From positions 100,440,001 through 100,504,000 of the forward strand of contig NC_091983.1 of assembly GCF_044704955.1 (NCBI RefSeq): a DNA stretch of 64,000 bases. Direction: 5' to 3'. The stretch's first letter is position 1; the number at the start of each line of letters is the position of its first letter. This DNA comes from Pristiophorus japonicus (Eukaryota). Positions 39,462 to 52,859 of this stretch are shown piece by piece. The notes beneath the pieces are model-generated. The model searched no databases. It was not told the DNA's origin and worked only from the letters and a program-made list of their open reading frames with translations. The translations under genes were made by a program, and so were the position numbers.

Positions 39462-40268
39462 GGGGTAGAAATTTCCCTCCGCCCGAAACAGGGCACGCCT
39501 GCCATTTTTTAAAGTTTTTCTCCGCCCCATACCGGAGAGATTAAGCACTTTGTTTTTTTTTTCTCCATGGTGCGGTGTTCTGGTTAGGTGAGGGGCGGAA
39601 GTGTCCTCACAGTGGGTCTGCCACCCCGCTCAGTCATCAGCACCGCGCTGATGATGTCAGCACGACATTGACGTGCTACGTTACGCTGATGCGTCACAAC
39701 GTCTCTCCCCTTCAGTTAAAAGGGAGAGCCGCTGTGAACTCTGCAGCCACTTCAGTGGTGCCCACTGCACCACCAGGGAGGGTTTCGGCCAGGCCAGCGG
39801 CCTGGTACCCGAGGAAAGATGCCGCCAGGCAGCCAGTTGGCGGCCTGGCCAAACCTGGGGACATAATTATCGGGTCGACCTGGTAGTCGGCCGACAAAAA
39901 AAAAATTATATGACAGCCGTGGCCGTGCGCTCTCCCCTTTAAGGGCGGCTGTGCTACCAGTTCACAGAGAATGCACTGACAGCAAAGGCTGTCGGGGGCA
40001 CCGCTCAGTGGTGGGGCCGCTCCTGCGAGGCAATTTCGGGCAAGGGGCAACTTCGCGAGGGAGTCCCTGCCAGACGGTAAGGGGTCGGCGTCTGCACGCC
40101 GTGGTGGGAAAACGGGTGGAGTGGTCATGGACACCGCTCCGCTCCTGAGGAAGGGCAATTTCTAAAATGGCGGCCCCTCCACGGAGAGTCGGCGGCCATT
40201 CCGCACCACCCTGTGGCCGCCGCTTTCCAGCGGTCAGAGACCTTATCGAATGGGGCAATTTCAGCCTC
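39462..40268. mobile_element. Harbinger-type MITE, related (in inverted orientation) to 43034-43791
   Basis: TIR-like ends GGGGTAGAAATTTCCC and GGGGCAATTTCAGCCTC; preceded by TAA; interior shares reverse-complement blocks with 43330-43570. Confidence 0.7.
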
Positions 40269-40939
40269 AGAGTTTGTACTACTACCTTATCCCAGGCCTG
40301 TCTGCTTGTGTAGTAACAATGTGTAATGAATATCGGTTTCTCCACTTCACAACATTAATAAGAGCAGGTTCTGATTCAGGGTAAACGTGGGCGATGTGTC
40401 GATTTGTTCACCATTAATTTCTATGGCTATAAATTCGTGTTGGGGAAAAAGGAATCCACTTAGAAAACTGTTTTTTCTTTGCACTACAATCTAAAGATCC
40501 AAATTGACCTTGCACCCTGGTGTCAATGTGTAATTGCCAAAAAATATATATTTAAAATGATTTACTTTGTATTAGCTGATCTTTTATGTTGTTGCTCACA
40601 GGTTTATATGGATGGATTACGGCTCCACACTGCTGCCAGGATCTGCTTCAGCACCTTGTGATTGGAAGTTCTTTGATCTGATTGGTTGGAAGTTCTGGAT
40701 CCGGTTGGTTGAAGGGATTCTACAACAATACAGCACTACAGCGACAAAACTTTTATTAAAAGAACATATGAAATGAAAAGTAAGAAAAGTCCTTTAGGGT
40801 CAGCCTATCTGTTAGACAGTGCAACCTCGTGCATCCCCTCCCCGAATGCAAGTAATGATAACTTCTGCGGGAGGCCAAAAAAACAAAGGAATAAAAACCT
40901 GTGGCCGGTTTCAGGAAAACCACCCTGAATTCCCCAAGA

Positions 40940-41305
40940 AAGAACTTGCATTTATATAGTGCTTTCTTACATCCTCAAGATAGCCCAAAGTATTTCATTG
41001 CCAATAAAATATTGTTGAAGTGTAGTAATGCTATGTATGTAAGTGTGGCAGCCAATGTGTATACACTGAGGTCCCACAAATTGTAAATCAAATGACCAAC
41101 CAGTTCAACTGTTTTGGGTGATGATGGTTGAGAGAGGAATATTAACTACGATACCAGGAGAAGTTATTGCTCTTCAAAAAATCTTTTACATCCACCTGAA
41201 CAGGTCCTTAATTTCAAATTTTTCATCCGAAAGACAGTACTCCCAACAATGCAGAATTATCTCATTATTGCACAAGTATCAGTCTGGATTATGTGCTCAA
41301 ACTCC
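40940..41305 (-). mobile_element. Deu-domain SINE, degenerate
   Basis: Same block order as 36130-36540 (ACTTGCATTTATATAG...TTGAAGTGTAG...CATCCGAAAGACAG...GATTATGTGCTCAA). Confidence 0.6.
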
Positions 41306-41689
41306 AGGCCCAGCTGATGAATTTTGTGGCGGCAGACGCAAACCATTTGCCAGCGCAAAATTTATCGCTCCACCCAGGACACCCACCCCACCCCAACTGC
41401 GGCGTGACCAAATTTCTCCCCCAGTGAGTCTGCACTTCCACCAGATTGTAGACAACATACTTATTGCTTGACAGGTCAGGAGACATATAACCCCATTTGG
41501 TTGTATAACCCAGTCAAAGTTTCCAGAATAATTGTGCTTTTCTGCATTCCCACAAATTGGCAATTGAAAAATACAACCAAATAGAGGAGTTGCAGCAAGG
41601 GTTCCCTGAAGAGCAATCCGAGGACTATACTGAGACTCTGGGGAACTAGAGTTGAGAGCATCTTTGGCAGCTGCAAGAGCCAGCAGAAT

Positions 41690-42580
41690 TATTAAAGGCA
41701 AGTTGTATTTGACAAATTATTAATTATTTTGGAGAAATTACCAATTGGATGAAGGGAATAAAACAAAAAAAGTTGGAAATGCTCAGCAGGTCAGATGAAA
41801 GGTCATCAACCTGAAAGGTTAACTCTGTTTCTCCCTTCACAGATGCTGCCTGACCTGTTGAGCATTTCCAGCATTTTCTGTTTTTATTTCAGATTTCCAG
41901 CATCTGCAGTGTTTTGCTTTTGAATTGGATAAAGGGATTGCAGTAAATGTGGTGGATTATGGATTTTAAGAAATCGTTTGAAAAGTTATATTGGAGGCGG
42001 TTCATGGTACAAGCTTGGATAAAAAGTTGGTTGCTGGGCAGCAAACAAAGAGTTAAGATTAATTGGTGTTGCTCAAATTTAAGAGTTCCAAGTGTATACC
42101 TGGGGGCAGTGCTGGTTTTGTACTCAGTTTACATGGCTAATTTGGTTTTAGTTATAGGGTGCATGCTATCAAAATATGCTGTTGGCACAAAAGTAGAGGG
42201 CTTGGCAAACAGCAGGTTATAAGATTCAGGGAATAGACAGGTTAACAGAATGGTCAGATGTAGCCGACACAATTAATGTGAGGTAACAGATTTTGTAAAG
42301 AAAAACAAAGAATGGGAATATACACACAATGGAAAGATTGAAGGGTAAACAGAGACCTAGGGGTTCAATATATAATTCCCTGAAAGTGAGTGCAGGAAGA
42401 TAAAGTCATAAATATGGATAGAGAGTAAAGAGTTAATAACAACAGGTACAAGGCAATGATTAGGCCAGTTAGTACTGTGTGCAGTTTTGGACAAACCCAT
42501 TATAGAAAGAACATTAACACATTAAGAACATATAGTGTAGATTAACCACAATTATGCTAGAGATGGGAAGCTGTAATTAT
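41690..42580 (+). mobile_element. Very old CR1 RT fragment
   Basis: Degenerate KGKLYLTN, MDFKKSFEK, WIKSWLLGSKQRV, SKYAVGTKV motifs. Confidence 0.65.
41760..41922. mobile_element. Penelope-type palindromic short repeat with a degenerate hammerhead core
   Basis: Inverted arms TGGAAATGCTCAGCAGGTCAG and CTGACCTGTTGAGCATTTCCA; 17-bp flanking direct repeat AATTGGATRAAGGGAWT (41743-41759 and 41923-41939). Confidence 0.7.
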
Positions 42581-44157
42581 AGGAACATAGGAATAGGAAT
42601 AGACCATTTAGCCCCTCGAGCCTGTTCCGCCATTCAGTAAGATTATGGCTAATCTGTGACCTAACGCCAAATACCCACCTTTGCCCCATATCCCTTAATA
42701 CCTTTGGTTAACAAAAATCTATCAATCTCAGATATAGAATTAACAATTGATCTAGCATTAATTGCCATTTGCGGAAGAGAGTTCCAAACTTCTACCACCC
42801 TTTGTGCATAGAAGTGTTTATTAATTTCACTCCTGAAATGTCTGGCTCTAATATTTAGGCTAGACTAAACCTAACCTGTCCAAACAGCAGAACTAATTTC
42901 TCTCTATCTATCCTATCTGTTCCCCTTAATATCTTGAAAACTTCGTTCAAATCACCCTTTAAGCTTCTAAATTCCAGGGAACACAACCCTACTTTGTATA
43001 ATCTCTCCTGGTAATTTAACCCCTGGAGTCTGGGGGGCCGAAATTCAGCCTCCCAATAAGGTCTCTGGACTCCTGAAAGAGACAGCCACAGGACGGTGCC
43101 AAATGGCCGGCGACTTGCGGTGGCCTGGCCGATGCTCGCTAAATTCACCTATTTGCTGCAGTGTGACCATCCGCCCCGCTCCTGCAGATGCGCCTTAAAG
43201 ACGCCATCAGAGCATGCACCGCACCGGAGCTGCCCCGGGAGGGAAATTTACCTACAAAAGTCTCTCGCCCACCGCTCGGTGCCCCTGCCAGTTTTTTGTG
43301 TCAGTGCACTCCTTGTTGGGCCTTGATAGTTGGGCACGTGGCCACCCTTAAAGGAGAGGTGGTGCTGCCGGCGACACCATTTTATTTTTTTTGTCGGCCA
43401 ACTGCCAGGTCGGGGAGAAAATTATGCCCCTGGGTTCAGCTGGGGCGCCAACAGGCAGCCTGGTACCCCCTCTTGGGTGTCAGGCTGCTGGCCCGGCTGA
43501 AACCTTCCCTGGTAGCCCAGTGGACCTAACTGAAAAAGATGCAGAGCTCGCAGCGGCTCTCCCCTTTAATCGGTGGAGATTCCGTCCTGCCCCCACTTCC
43601 ACCCCGTTAGTGCTGCCCACTGTGCTCCGCTCCCACTTCCGCCCCCATGATGAGGCCGCTGCCACCTCGCTTGAAAAAATTTTTCGAGGAGCTGAATGTC
43701 TCTGGATAGGCCACCGCATCCATTACGGTGGCCAGAAGACTTCGAAAATGGTAGGTCCATGCCGTTTCAGGCGGAGGTGAATTTCAGCCCCTGGGTATCA
43801 TGTTGCACTTCCTCCAAGCCCAATATATCCTTCCCAAGGTGTGGTGCCCAGAATTGCTCACAGTACTCCAGGTGTGGTCTAACCGGGGCTTTGTATAGCT
43901 GTAACATAACTTCTACCCCTTGTAGTCTAGTCCTCTCGATATAAAGGCCAGCATTCCATTAACCTTTTTGATTATTTTCTGTTCCTGTTCATGACATTTT
44001 AATGATCTATGTACCTGGACCCCCAAGTATCTTTGGACCTCCACTGCTTTTAGCTTTTCACCATTTAGAAAGTACCCTCTTCTATCCTTTTTAGGTCCAA
44101 CGTGAATGACGTCATATTTGCCTACGTTGAAATCCATTTACCACAGTTTTGTTCATT
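42581..44157 (-). mobile_element. CR1 3' fragment split by a MITE
   Basis: Tail aggaacataggaatagg; RT C-terminus ORFs 42855..43148 and 43913..44137. Confidence 0.85.
43034..43791. mobile_element. Harbinger/Tourist-like MITE
   Basis: 14-bp TIR GGGGCCGAAATTCA / TGAATTTCAGCCCC (13 of 14 match); 3-bp TSD TGG; removing it rejoins the host CR1. Confidence 0.88.
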
Positions 44158-47100
44158 GTCCTGGCCATTGGAAGCCGGCTTGAACGGCGCTGTCCTGATG
44201 TGTTTGATACCATTACCCGACATAAACTCCTGGAATTCATAGCTAGTAAAGCACAGGCCATTGTTGCTAACTAGGATGTCTGGCAAGCCGTGGGTCACAA
44301 AGACCGCACACAGACTCTCCACAGTGGTGGATGTCGTGCACAAATTCAATATGATGCACTCGATTCATTTTGAGTATGCATCGACAACAATCAGGAACAT
44401 TTTTCCCATGAACGGGCCCGCGTAGTCTACGTGAATACGTGACCATGGCCTGGTGGGCCAGGGCCACGGGCTGAGGGGGGCCACCCTGGGGGCATTTCCC
44501 AGCTGAGCACACGTCGTGCACCTGCGAACCCAGTGTTCCAGATCTGAGTCAATTCCCGGCCACCATACATGTGACCGGGCAATAGCCTTCATTAGCTTGA
44601 TGCCTGGGTGCTCGCTGTGGAGTTCCCTGATGAATGCTTACCTTCCTTTCTGGGGCATGACTACCCGGCTGCTCCATAGCAGGCAGTCGGCTTGGATGGA
44701 GAGCTTGTCCATTCGTCTGTGAAACGGCCTGACCTCCTCGGGGCACGCTCTGTGTGCGGGCGCCCAATCCCCAGTCAGGACACATTTCTTTATCAGCGAT
44801 CGGAGGGTATCTATGTTGGTCCAGATTTTGATCTGGTGGGCTATGATGGGGGAGCCTGCGGTGTTGAAAGCCTCAATGGCCATGACCACCTCCGCGCTTT
44901 GCTCCAACGCCCCCTCAGTGGTCGCAGTGGGAGCCTGCTGAGCGCGTCAGCGCAATTTTCGGTGCCTGGCAAGTGCCGTATGGTGTAGTCATACGCAGCC
45001 AGCGTGAGGGCCCACCGCTGTATGCGAGCTGATGCGTTGGCATTGACAGCCTTGCTGTCGGACAACAGGGATGTTAACGGCTTGTGGTCCGTTTCTAACT
45101 CGAACCTTCTGCTGAAAAGGTACTGGTACATCTTTTTCACCACATAGACACATGCGAGTGCTTCCTTTTCAACCATCCCATATCCCTGTTCTGCCTGGGA
45201 GAGCGACCTGGAGACATAAGCCACAGGTTGGAGTTGGCCCTCATCATTACTCTGCTGCAACACGCACCCAACCCCGTAGGATGATGCATCACGTGTTAAA
45301 ACCAGTTTCTTATAGGGGTTGTACAGAGTCAACAGATTGTTAGAACAAAGCAGATTCCGCACCTGATTGAAAACCCGTTCTTGACAGTCCCCCCAAAACC
45401 ATTCACAATCCTTACGCAGCAGCATGTGCAATGGCTCCAATAATGTGCTTAAGTTTGGCAGAAAGTTCCCGAAGTAGTTCAATAGTCCCAGAAATGACAG
45501 CAACTCCGTTTTTGATTCAGTGGGCCGGATCCCGTCTGCGGCAACCCTCCTGCTCAAAAACTCGACCTCTAGGGTCAAAAACACACACTTGGACATCTTT
45601 AGTCGCAAGCCTACTCGGTCCATTCGGTGTAGCACCTCCTCCAGGTTGTGGAGGTGTACCTCGGTGTCTCGACCCGTGATTAGGATGTCATCTTGGAATA
45701 CGATTGTTCGAGGGATGGATTTAAGCAAGCTTTCCATGTTCCTCTGGAAGATAGCGGCCACTGAACGAATGCCAAATGGACACCTATTGTAAACGAATAG
45801 CCCCTTGTGCGTGGTGATGGTGGTCAGAAGCTTGGATTCTTCAGCCAGTTCCTGAGTCATGTCGGCTGAAGTGAGGTCCAACTTGGTGAACAGCTTGCCA
45901 CCTGCCAGTGTGGCAAAAAGATTCTCCACTCTCGGAAGCGGGTATTTGTCCTGTAGTGACACTCGGTTGATGGTGGCCTTGTAGTCGCCACAAATCCTGA
46001 CCTAGCCATCCACTTTAAGGACAGAAACGATGGGGCTTGCCCAGTCACTGAATTCAACAGGCGAAATTATGCCCTCTCTTAGCAGCCTGTCCAACTCACT
46101 CTCAATTTTCTCACGCATCACAAACGGCACAGCTCTGACTTTGTGGTGCACTGGTCTGGCATCCGGGGTGATGTGTATCACTACTTTGGTGTTCTTAAAA
46201 GTCCCGACCTCTGGTTGAAAAAGTGGCTCGAATTTCTGTAGGACCTGTGAGCATGAACTTTGCTCCACAGACGAAATGGCGTGCACATCCCCCCATTTCC
46301 AGTTCATCTCGGCTAACCAGCTCCTCCCCAAGAGCGCGGGACCATTCCCCGGGACAATCCAGAGTGGCAGCCGGTTCTCCGATCCATTGTGTGTGACCAC
46401 CAATTTTGCACTGCCTAGTACTGGGATGATCTCTCTGGTGTACGTCCGTAACTGCGTGTCAATGCGTTCCAGTTTGGGCCTGTTAGCTTTGAGTGGCCAT
46501 AGTTTTTCAAACTGTTGGGCACTCATAAGTGACTGGCTGGCTCCTGTGTCCAGCTCCATGCATACCGGGATGCCATTTAATAGAACTTTCATCATCATAG
46601 GTGGCGTTTTCGTATACAAGCTGTGGACGTCTGCCACATGAACCCACTGGACTTCAGCATCCATAGCTTTGCCCCAAGCATCACCCTGCCTTGCAGACCC
46701 TTTGTCTGGTTCCTCTGCTTCATAAACTAGCCTCGTTACGGGCTTTCTGCACATTCTTGCCAGATGTCCACTGAAGTTACAGTTTCTGCAGACAAATTGC
46801 TGAAAGCTACACGTTTTCGCAGCATGTCTGCCACCGCACCTCCAGCATGAGCTGAGATTGTTGTGAACAAAGGAACTGTTAACAGGCATTCCTCTCTGAT
46901 TGTCTCTTTGATTACTCCTGAGCACTCTGTTGCTGAGTGTCAATGGTCCCATCCCGGGACGCATTGTTCCTTGTGATGGCGTGAATTGCCGATCCCCCTG
47001 CCATTGTCTCTGTTGCTGGCCCACCCTAGAGTCTGTTGCTGCCTGGGTGGTATCGAATTGCCCTTGCCTGCCTGCGGGGTTCTGAATCTCATTTACAATG

Positions 47101-47970
47101 TTAACTCCCTGGTCGATCGCCACGTTGGAACCAGGGCTGCGTGCATAAATTATCTTGGTCTCCTCTTCCCCTGCCATGAAGGTCTGAGCTATCAATGTTG
47201 CCCTTTCCAAAGTCAAGAACTCGGTCTCAATAAGCTTCGTGAAAATCCCGGCATGACCAATGCCCTCAATGAAGAAATCCCTTAACATCTCCCCGCTGCA
47301 GGCATCTGTGAACTTACAAGGCTGGCTAAACGCCAAAGGTCCGCAACGAAGTCCGATATGCTTTGTCCCTCCCGACGCCGGTGTGTGTAGAACCGGTGCC
47401 GGGCCATGTATATACTGCTCACCGGTTTGAGGTGCTCACCGATCAGAGTGCTGAGCTCTTCAAAAGACTCATCCGCCGACTTCTCAGGTGTGAGCAGGTC
47501 TTTCATCAGCGCATATGTCTTGGATCCACAACTGGTCAGTAGATGCGCCCTCCACTTGCCAGCGCTTCCTCTCCCAGCCAGTCCTTCATGACAAAGCTTT
47601 GCTGGAGCCTCTCAACGAAATCGTCCCAGTCCTCACCAACACAGTACCGTTCATCTGTGCTACCGGTGGCCATCCTCGTGGGTTGTTGATTCCCGTTTCT
47701 CGTCGCCAAATGTGGTGTCCTTACACCTTACTATAGAATCACATGAGGCATTTACTGCAGACAAAGTCACTACATGACCTGAACCTTTATTCCCAGGACC
47801 AAGAAGTGCTAACCCTGCGTGGGACCTCCCTTTATATACCTGGATGACCAAGTGAGGAGTGTCTCCCACAAGTTCACCCCCTGTGGTCAAGGTGTGCATT
47901 ACTCAGGTGTATACAGTGTACAGTGTTGTTACATAAAGGTTACAGTAATGTGAAGGTTACAAACATGACA
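44158..47970 (-). mobile_element. Gypsy (Mag-like) element of the same family as 12233-17003, 3'-truncated within integrase; 5' LTR at 47711-47970
   Basis: LTR TGTCATG...CACCACA, PBS TGGCGACGAG, gag-protease-RT ORF 46002..47336, RT-RNase H ORF 44841..45962, integrase ending at FKPASNGQ. Confidence 0.95.
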
Positions 47971-48763
47971 AGGAGGACCTGGCTGCAGTGGCGCAAACCT
48001 TTCAAAGATCCCAGTAGATCACAAAACGTTACTGCAAAGCTACACTCAGTCTCATCCTGCTGTGCCTTTCATCATATCCCCATCACTCTGCCTTCCCTAC
48101 CCTACTCTGGCACATCCTTACTCACACCAACTTACCTTGAAACTCCACCCATCCCTCTCTATCTATGTTATCACATCCCCATCTCACTAGCCACCCCTCA
48201 TACTCACCCTCATCCTAGTGCAATCATACCAACTAACAACACACACGGTTGGGTGTTTTATGCAATGTTCATGTAAAGTTTCTGCTAATGTAGTGTCAAA
48301 CATTGAAAGCTTTATTTTCAACTTTGCCTTCGTAGACAGATTTGTGTGCACCTTTGGAAGTGGCTTAGTGAGTTCCAGTGAATGGTGAGACATAACGGTA
48401 CCCCCCCGCAATGGTGAAAGGAATGGCTTGGGCATTGTAGGGATGTTTTATGGTGTTGGAGTGGGGTGGTGCCAACCTGGTGCATCATGTGGTAGCCAGG
48501 GTGTACAGTGTCAAGTGAAGTAAATCTGGCCATGGTGAGGCCATTCCTGGCCTCCCAGGCAGCAATGTGCTCAGGTACTGATGCCCTACGTCTTGTGCAG
48601 CATCAGTTAATTGCGGAGAAGGTTGGTGTTCTTGTTGGTGCTGCTGGTGTGCCTGGTGATGTTGGTTTCAGCAGATCGTGGTGGGATTCTGAGGACCAAT
48701 GTGAGAGAGTTTCAAGGGCATTTATGCTGATGGAATAGATGGCAGGTGAAGTAGAGATGAAAG

Positions 48764-51700
48764 TAGAGTTGAGGACTTTAAACTAAATAGTGGAGGGAAG
48801 GGTTAAGGTGAAGGGAAATTTAAAAAGTCAAAGAGCAAGGAGAAGGCAATAAAACATGATTGCGTTGGGGGAAATGATAACCAGAGTGTGACAAGAAGGG
48901 ACAAAATGTATAAAAATAAGAGTGTATCAGAAAGTGGGGTCAAAGCAGCGAAAAATAGTAAAAAGTCAAAATTAAAAGCTCTTTATCTGAATGCATGCAG
49001 CATTCATAACAAGATAGATGAGTTGATGGAACAAATAGATATGACTGGGTATGATCTGATAGCCATTACAGAGATGTGGTTGCAAGGTGACCAAGGCTTG
49101 GAACTGAATATTCGGCGGTATTTGACAATTCAGAAGGATAGATAGAAAGGAAAAGGAGGTGGGGTAGCTCCAGTAATAAAGGATGAGATCAGGGCAGTAG
49201 TGAGAAATGATATTGGCTTAGAAGATCAAGATGTAGAATCAGTTTAGGTGGAAATAAGAAATAATAAGGGGAAGAAGTCACTGGTGGGCGTTGTCTATAG
49301 GCCCCCTAACAATAACTACACCATTGGACAGAATATAAATCAAGAAATAATGGAGGCTTTTAAGAAAGGTACGGCAATAATCATGGCCGATTTTAATTTT
49401 CATATTGATTGGACAACTCAAATTGGCCAAAGTAGCCTTGAGAAAGAGTTCATAGGGTGTATCCGGGATGGTTTTCTTGAACAGTGCATTGTGGAACCAA
49501 CCAGGGAGCAGGCTATCTTAGATCTGGTACTGCGTAATGAAACAGGGTTAATAAATGAGCTCATAGTAAAGGATCCTCTAGGAAAGAGTGATCATAACAT
49601 GGTTGAATTTCAAATTCAGTGGGAGGGTGATAAAGTTGGGTTTCAAACCAGTGTCCTGATCTTAAATAAAGGCAATTACAAAGGTATGAAGGCAGAGTTG
49701 GCTAAAGTGGACTGGGAAAATAGATTAAAGTGTAAGACGGTTGATGAGCAGTGGCAGACATTTAAGGAGATATTTCATAACTTTCAACAAAAATATATTC
49801 CAGTGAGAAGGAAAGACTTTAAGAGAAGGGAGAACCATCCGTGGCCAACTAAGGAAGTGAAGGATGGTATCAAATTGAAAACAATGGCATACAATATTAA
49901 GAGGATTAGTGGGAAGCGAGAGGATTGGGAAATTTTTAAAAACTAGCAAAGGACAACTAAAAAAATAATAAAGATAGAAGATAGTTTATGAGAGTAAACT
50001 AGCAAGAAATATAAAAACAAACAGTAAGAACTTCTACAGGTATATAAAAAGAAAAAGAGTAGCTAAAGTAAACATTGGTCCCTTGGAGGATGAGACTGGG
50101 GAATTAATAATGAGAAACAGGGAAATGGCAGCGACTTTGAACAAATATTTTGTATCGGTCTTCACGGCAGAAAGCACTAAAAACATCCAAATAATAGATA
50201 ATCAAGAGGCTATAGGGAGGGGGGAACTTAATACAATTGCTATCAGTAAACAAAAAGTATTTGGTAAAATAATGGGACTAAAGGTGGACAAGTCCACTGG
50301 ACCTGATGGCCTGCATCCTAGGGTCTGAAAAAAAGTAGCTGTAGAGATCGTGGATGCATTGATTGCAATCTACCAAAATTCCCTGGAGTCTGGAGAGATC
50401 ACAGTGGATTGGAAAACTGCAAATGTAATGCATTTTAAAAAGAAGGGAGACAAAAAGCAGGAAACTATAGACCAGTTAGCCTAACATCTGGCATTGGGAA
50501 AATGCTGGAGTCCATTATTAAGGAAGCAGTAGCAGGATATTTGGAAAATCATAATGCAGTCAAGCAGAGTCAGCATGGTTTTATGAAAGGGAAATCCTGT
50601 TTCACAAATTTGCTGTTGTTCTTTGAGGATGTAATGAGCATGGTGGCTAAGGGGGAACCAGTGGATGTGATGTATTTGGATTTCCAGAAGACATTCGATA
50701 AGGTGCCACATAAAAGGTTACTGCATAAGATATGAGCTCATGGGGTTGGGGGTAATATATTTGCATGGATAGAGGATTAGCTAACTAACAGAAAACAGAG
50801 AATCGGGATAAATGGGTCCTTTTTTTGTTGGCAAACGGTAACTAGTGGGGTGCCACAGGGATCGGTGCTGGGGCCTCAACTATTTACAACTATATTAATG
50901 ACTTGGATGAAGGGACCGAGTGTAATGTAGACAAGTTTGCTGATGATGCAAAGATGGGTGGGAAAGCAAGTTGTGAGGAGGACACAAAGAATCTGCAAAA
51001 GGATATAGGCAGGCTAAGTGAATGGACAAATATTTGGCAGATGGAGTATAATGTGGGAAAGTGTAAGGTTATCCACTTTGGCAGGAAAAATAAAAATGCA
51101 AATTATTATTTAAATGGAGAGAGATTACAAAATGCTGCAGTACAGAGGGACCTGAGGGTCCTTGTGCCTGAGATGAAGGGGTTGTCACATGAAGAAAGGT
51201 TGAGTAAGTTGGGCCTATAATTGGAGTTTAGAAGACTTAGAGGTGAACTTATTGAAACATATAAGATTCTGTAGGGGCTTGACAGGGTAGATGCAGAGAG
51301 GATGCTTCCCCTTGTGGGGGAATCTAGAACTAGGGGGCATAGTTTCAGAATAAGGGGTTGCCCATTTAAAACGGAAATGAGGAGGAATTTCTTCTCTCAG
51401 AGGGTCGTGAATCTTTGGAATTCTCTACCCCAGAGAGCTGTGGAGGCTAGGTCATTGAATGTATTTAGGGTGGAGATAGACAGATTTTTGAGCAATAACG
51501 GAGTCAAGGGTTATGGGGAGCGGGCAGGGAAGTGGAGTTGAGGTCAGGATCAGATCAGCCGTGATCTTATTGAATGACGGAGCAGGCTCAAGGGGCCAAA
51601 TGGCCTACTCCTGCTCCTATTTATTTTCTTATGAAACACAAAAAATTAGTATGCAAGTACAGCACGTAATCAGGCAGGCACCTGAAATGTTGGCCTTTAT

Positions 51701-52332
51701 TGCAAAGGGGATGGATTATAAAAACAGAGAACTACTGCTACGACTGTACAGGGTATTGGTGAGACCACACCTAGAGTACTGCATACAGTTTTGGTCTCCT
51801 TACTTAAGGAGGGATATACTTGCATTGGAGGCAGTTTAGAGAAGATTCACTAGGTTGATTCCTGAAATGAAGGGATTGACTTATGAAGAAAGGTTGAGCA
51901 GGTTGGGCCTATACTCATTGGAGTTTAGAAGAATGAGAGGTAATCTTATTGAAACATATATGATACTGAGGTGGCTTGACAGGGTAGATGCAGAGAGGAT
52001 GTTTCCACTCATGGGGGAATCTAGAACTAGGGGGCATAGTTTAAGCATAAGGGGTTGCCCATTTAGAACTGAGATAAGGAGGAATTTCTTCTCTCAAACG
52101 GTCGTAAATCTGTGGAATTGTCTGCCCCAGAGAGCTGTGAGGCTTGAATATATTTAAAATGGATATAAGACATTTTTAAATGATAAAGGAGTGAAGGGTC
52201 AAGGGGAGCGGGCAGGGAAGTGAGCTGAGCCGAAGCTCAGATCAGCCATGATCTTATTAATTGGCAGAGCAGGCTCACGGGGCCAAATGGCCTATTCCTG
52301 CTCCTATTTCTTATGTTCTTAATGTTCTTATG
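48764..52332 (+). mobile_element. CR1 LINE (TTCTTATG-tail subfamily) from the ORF1 stop through the 3' tail, decayed
   Basis: APE and RT ORF pieces 48888-51220 and 51631-52157; flanked by the direct repeat ATGAAAG (48757-48763 and 52330-52336). Confidence 0.93.
51168..51633 (+). mobile_element. Short CR1 3' fragment nested in the same orientation inside a CR1 of the same type
   Basis: Removing it restores the host ...CTTGTGC|ATGAAACACAAAAA (LVHETQK); it has its own 3' UTR and tail. Confidence 0.85.
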
Positions 52333-52859
52333 AAAGAAGTAATCTATCAATGGTGGGAGAGTTAATGAGGTCAGACTGGATGGAGACTTGTGCAAAGACT
52401 TGCAGCATCCTGAATCTGTAGTGGAATTACAGTTTAGAGATGCTAGTGGTTAAGGGAACATGTCTCAATCAACTGGGAACTTTACTTGACATTTGAAGCT
52501 GTCAACTCATCAGCTGATTCAATGGCCACTAACCTCCCTCCTCAGATTCACAGACGATGTCTAAGCACAGCAGGAAACCAGTGGGCAACCCGTCAAATCA
52601 AAAAAGCTGGGAAAAAGACATCGATAAGTGGCTGTAAACAAGCCACTCATGATTTTAATTACCTTCTCCGCCACTGCTTGTCGGGTCTGCTCAGCGCTGA
52701 CAGACCCGACAGTTGGTAAAGGCGCGTGGCGGCAGTTTCACAGTAGGGTCCCGACCCGCTAGGGAAAACACTTTCCCACCCGACCCACCACCGATTGCGA
52801 TCGCTGACCCCCCGCAAAAACCAGTCTGAGGAAATATGACTGCACGAAAGCAGAGGGCT

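Larger units (their letters stand above)
47971..52830 (+). mobile_element. Harbinger-related remnant (Myb/SANT-like fragment plus right end), split by CR1
   Basis: RRTWLQWRKPFKD resembles the Myb/SANT-like motif RTWxQCRKRFND; 48340-48760 is homologous to 57178-57575; the sequence continues after the CR1 at 52337. Confidence 0.55.

Noticed and set aside
40602-40779. Plus-strand coding exon (CACAG| acceptor, |GTAAGA donor)
   Set aside because: Stops in all three frames and no recognisable protein.
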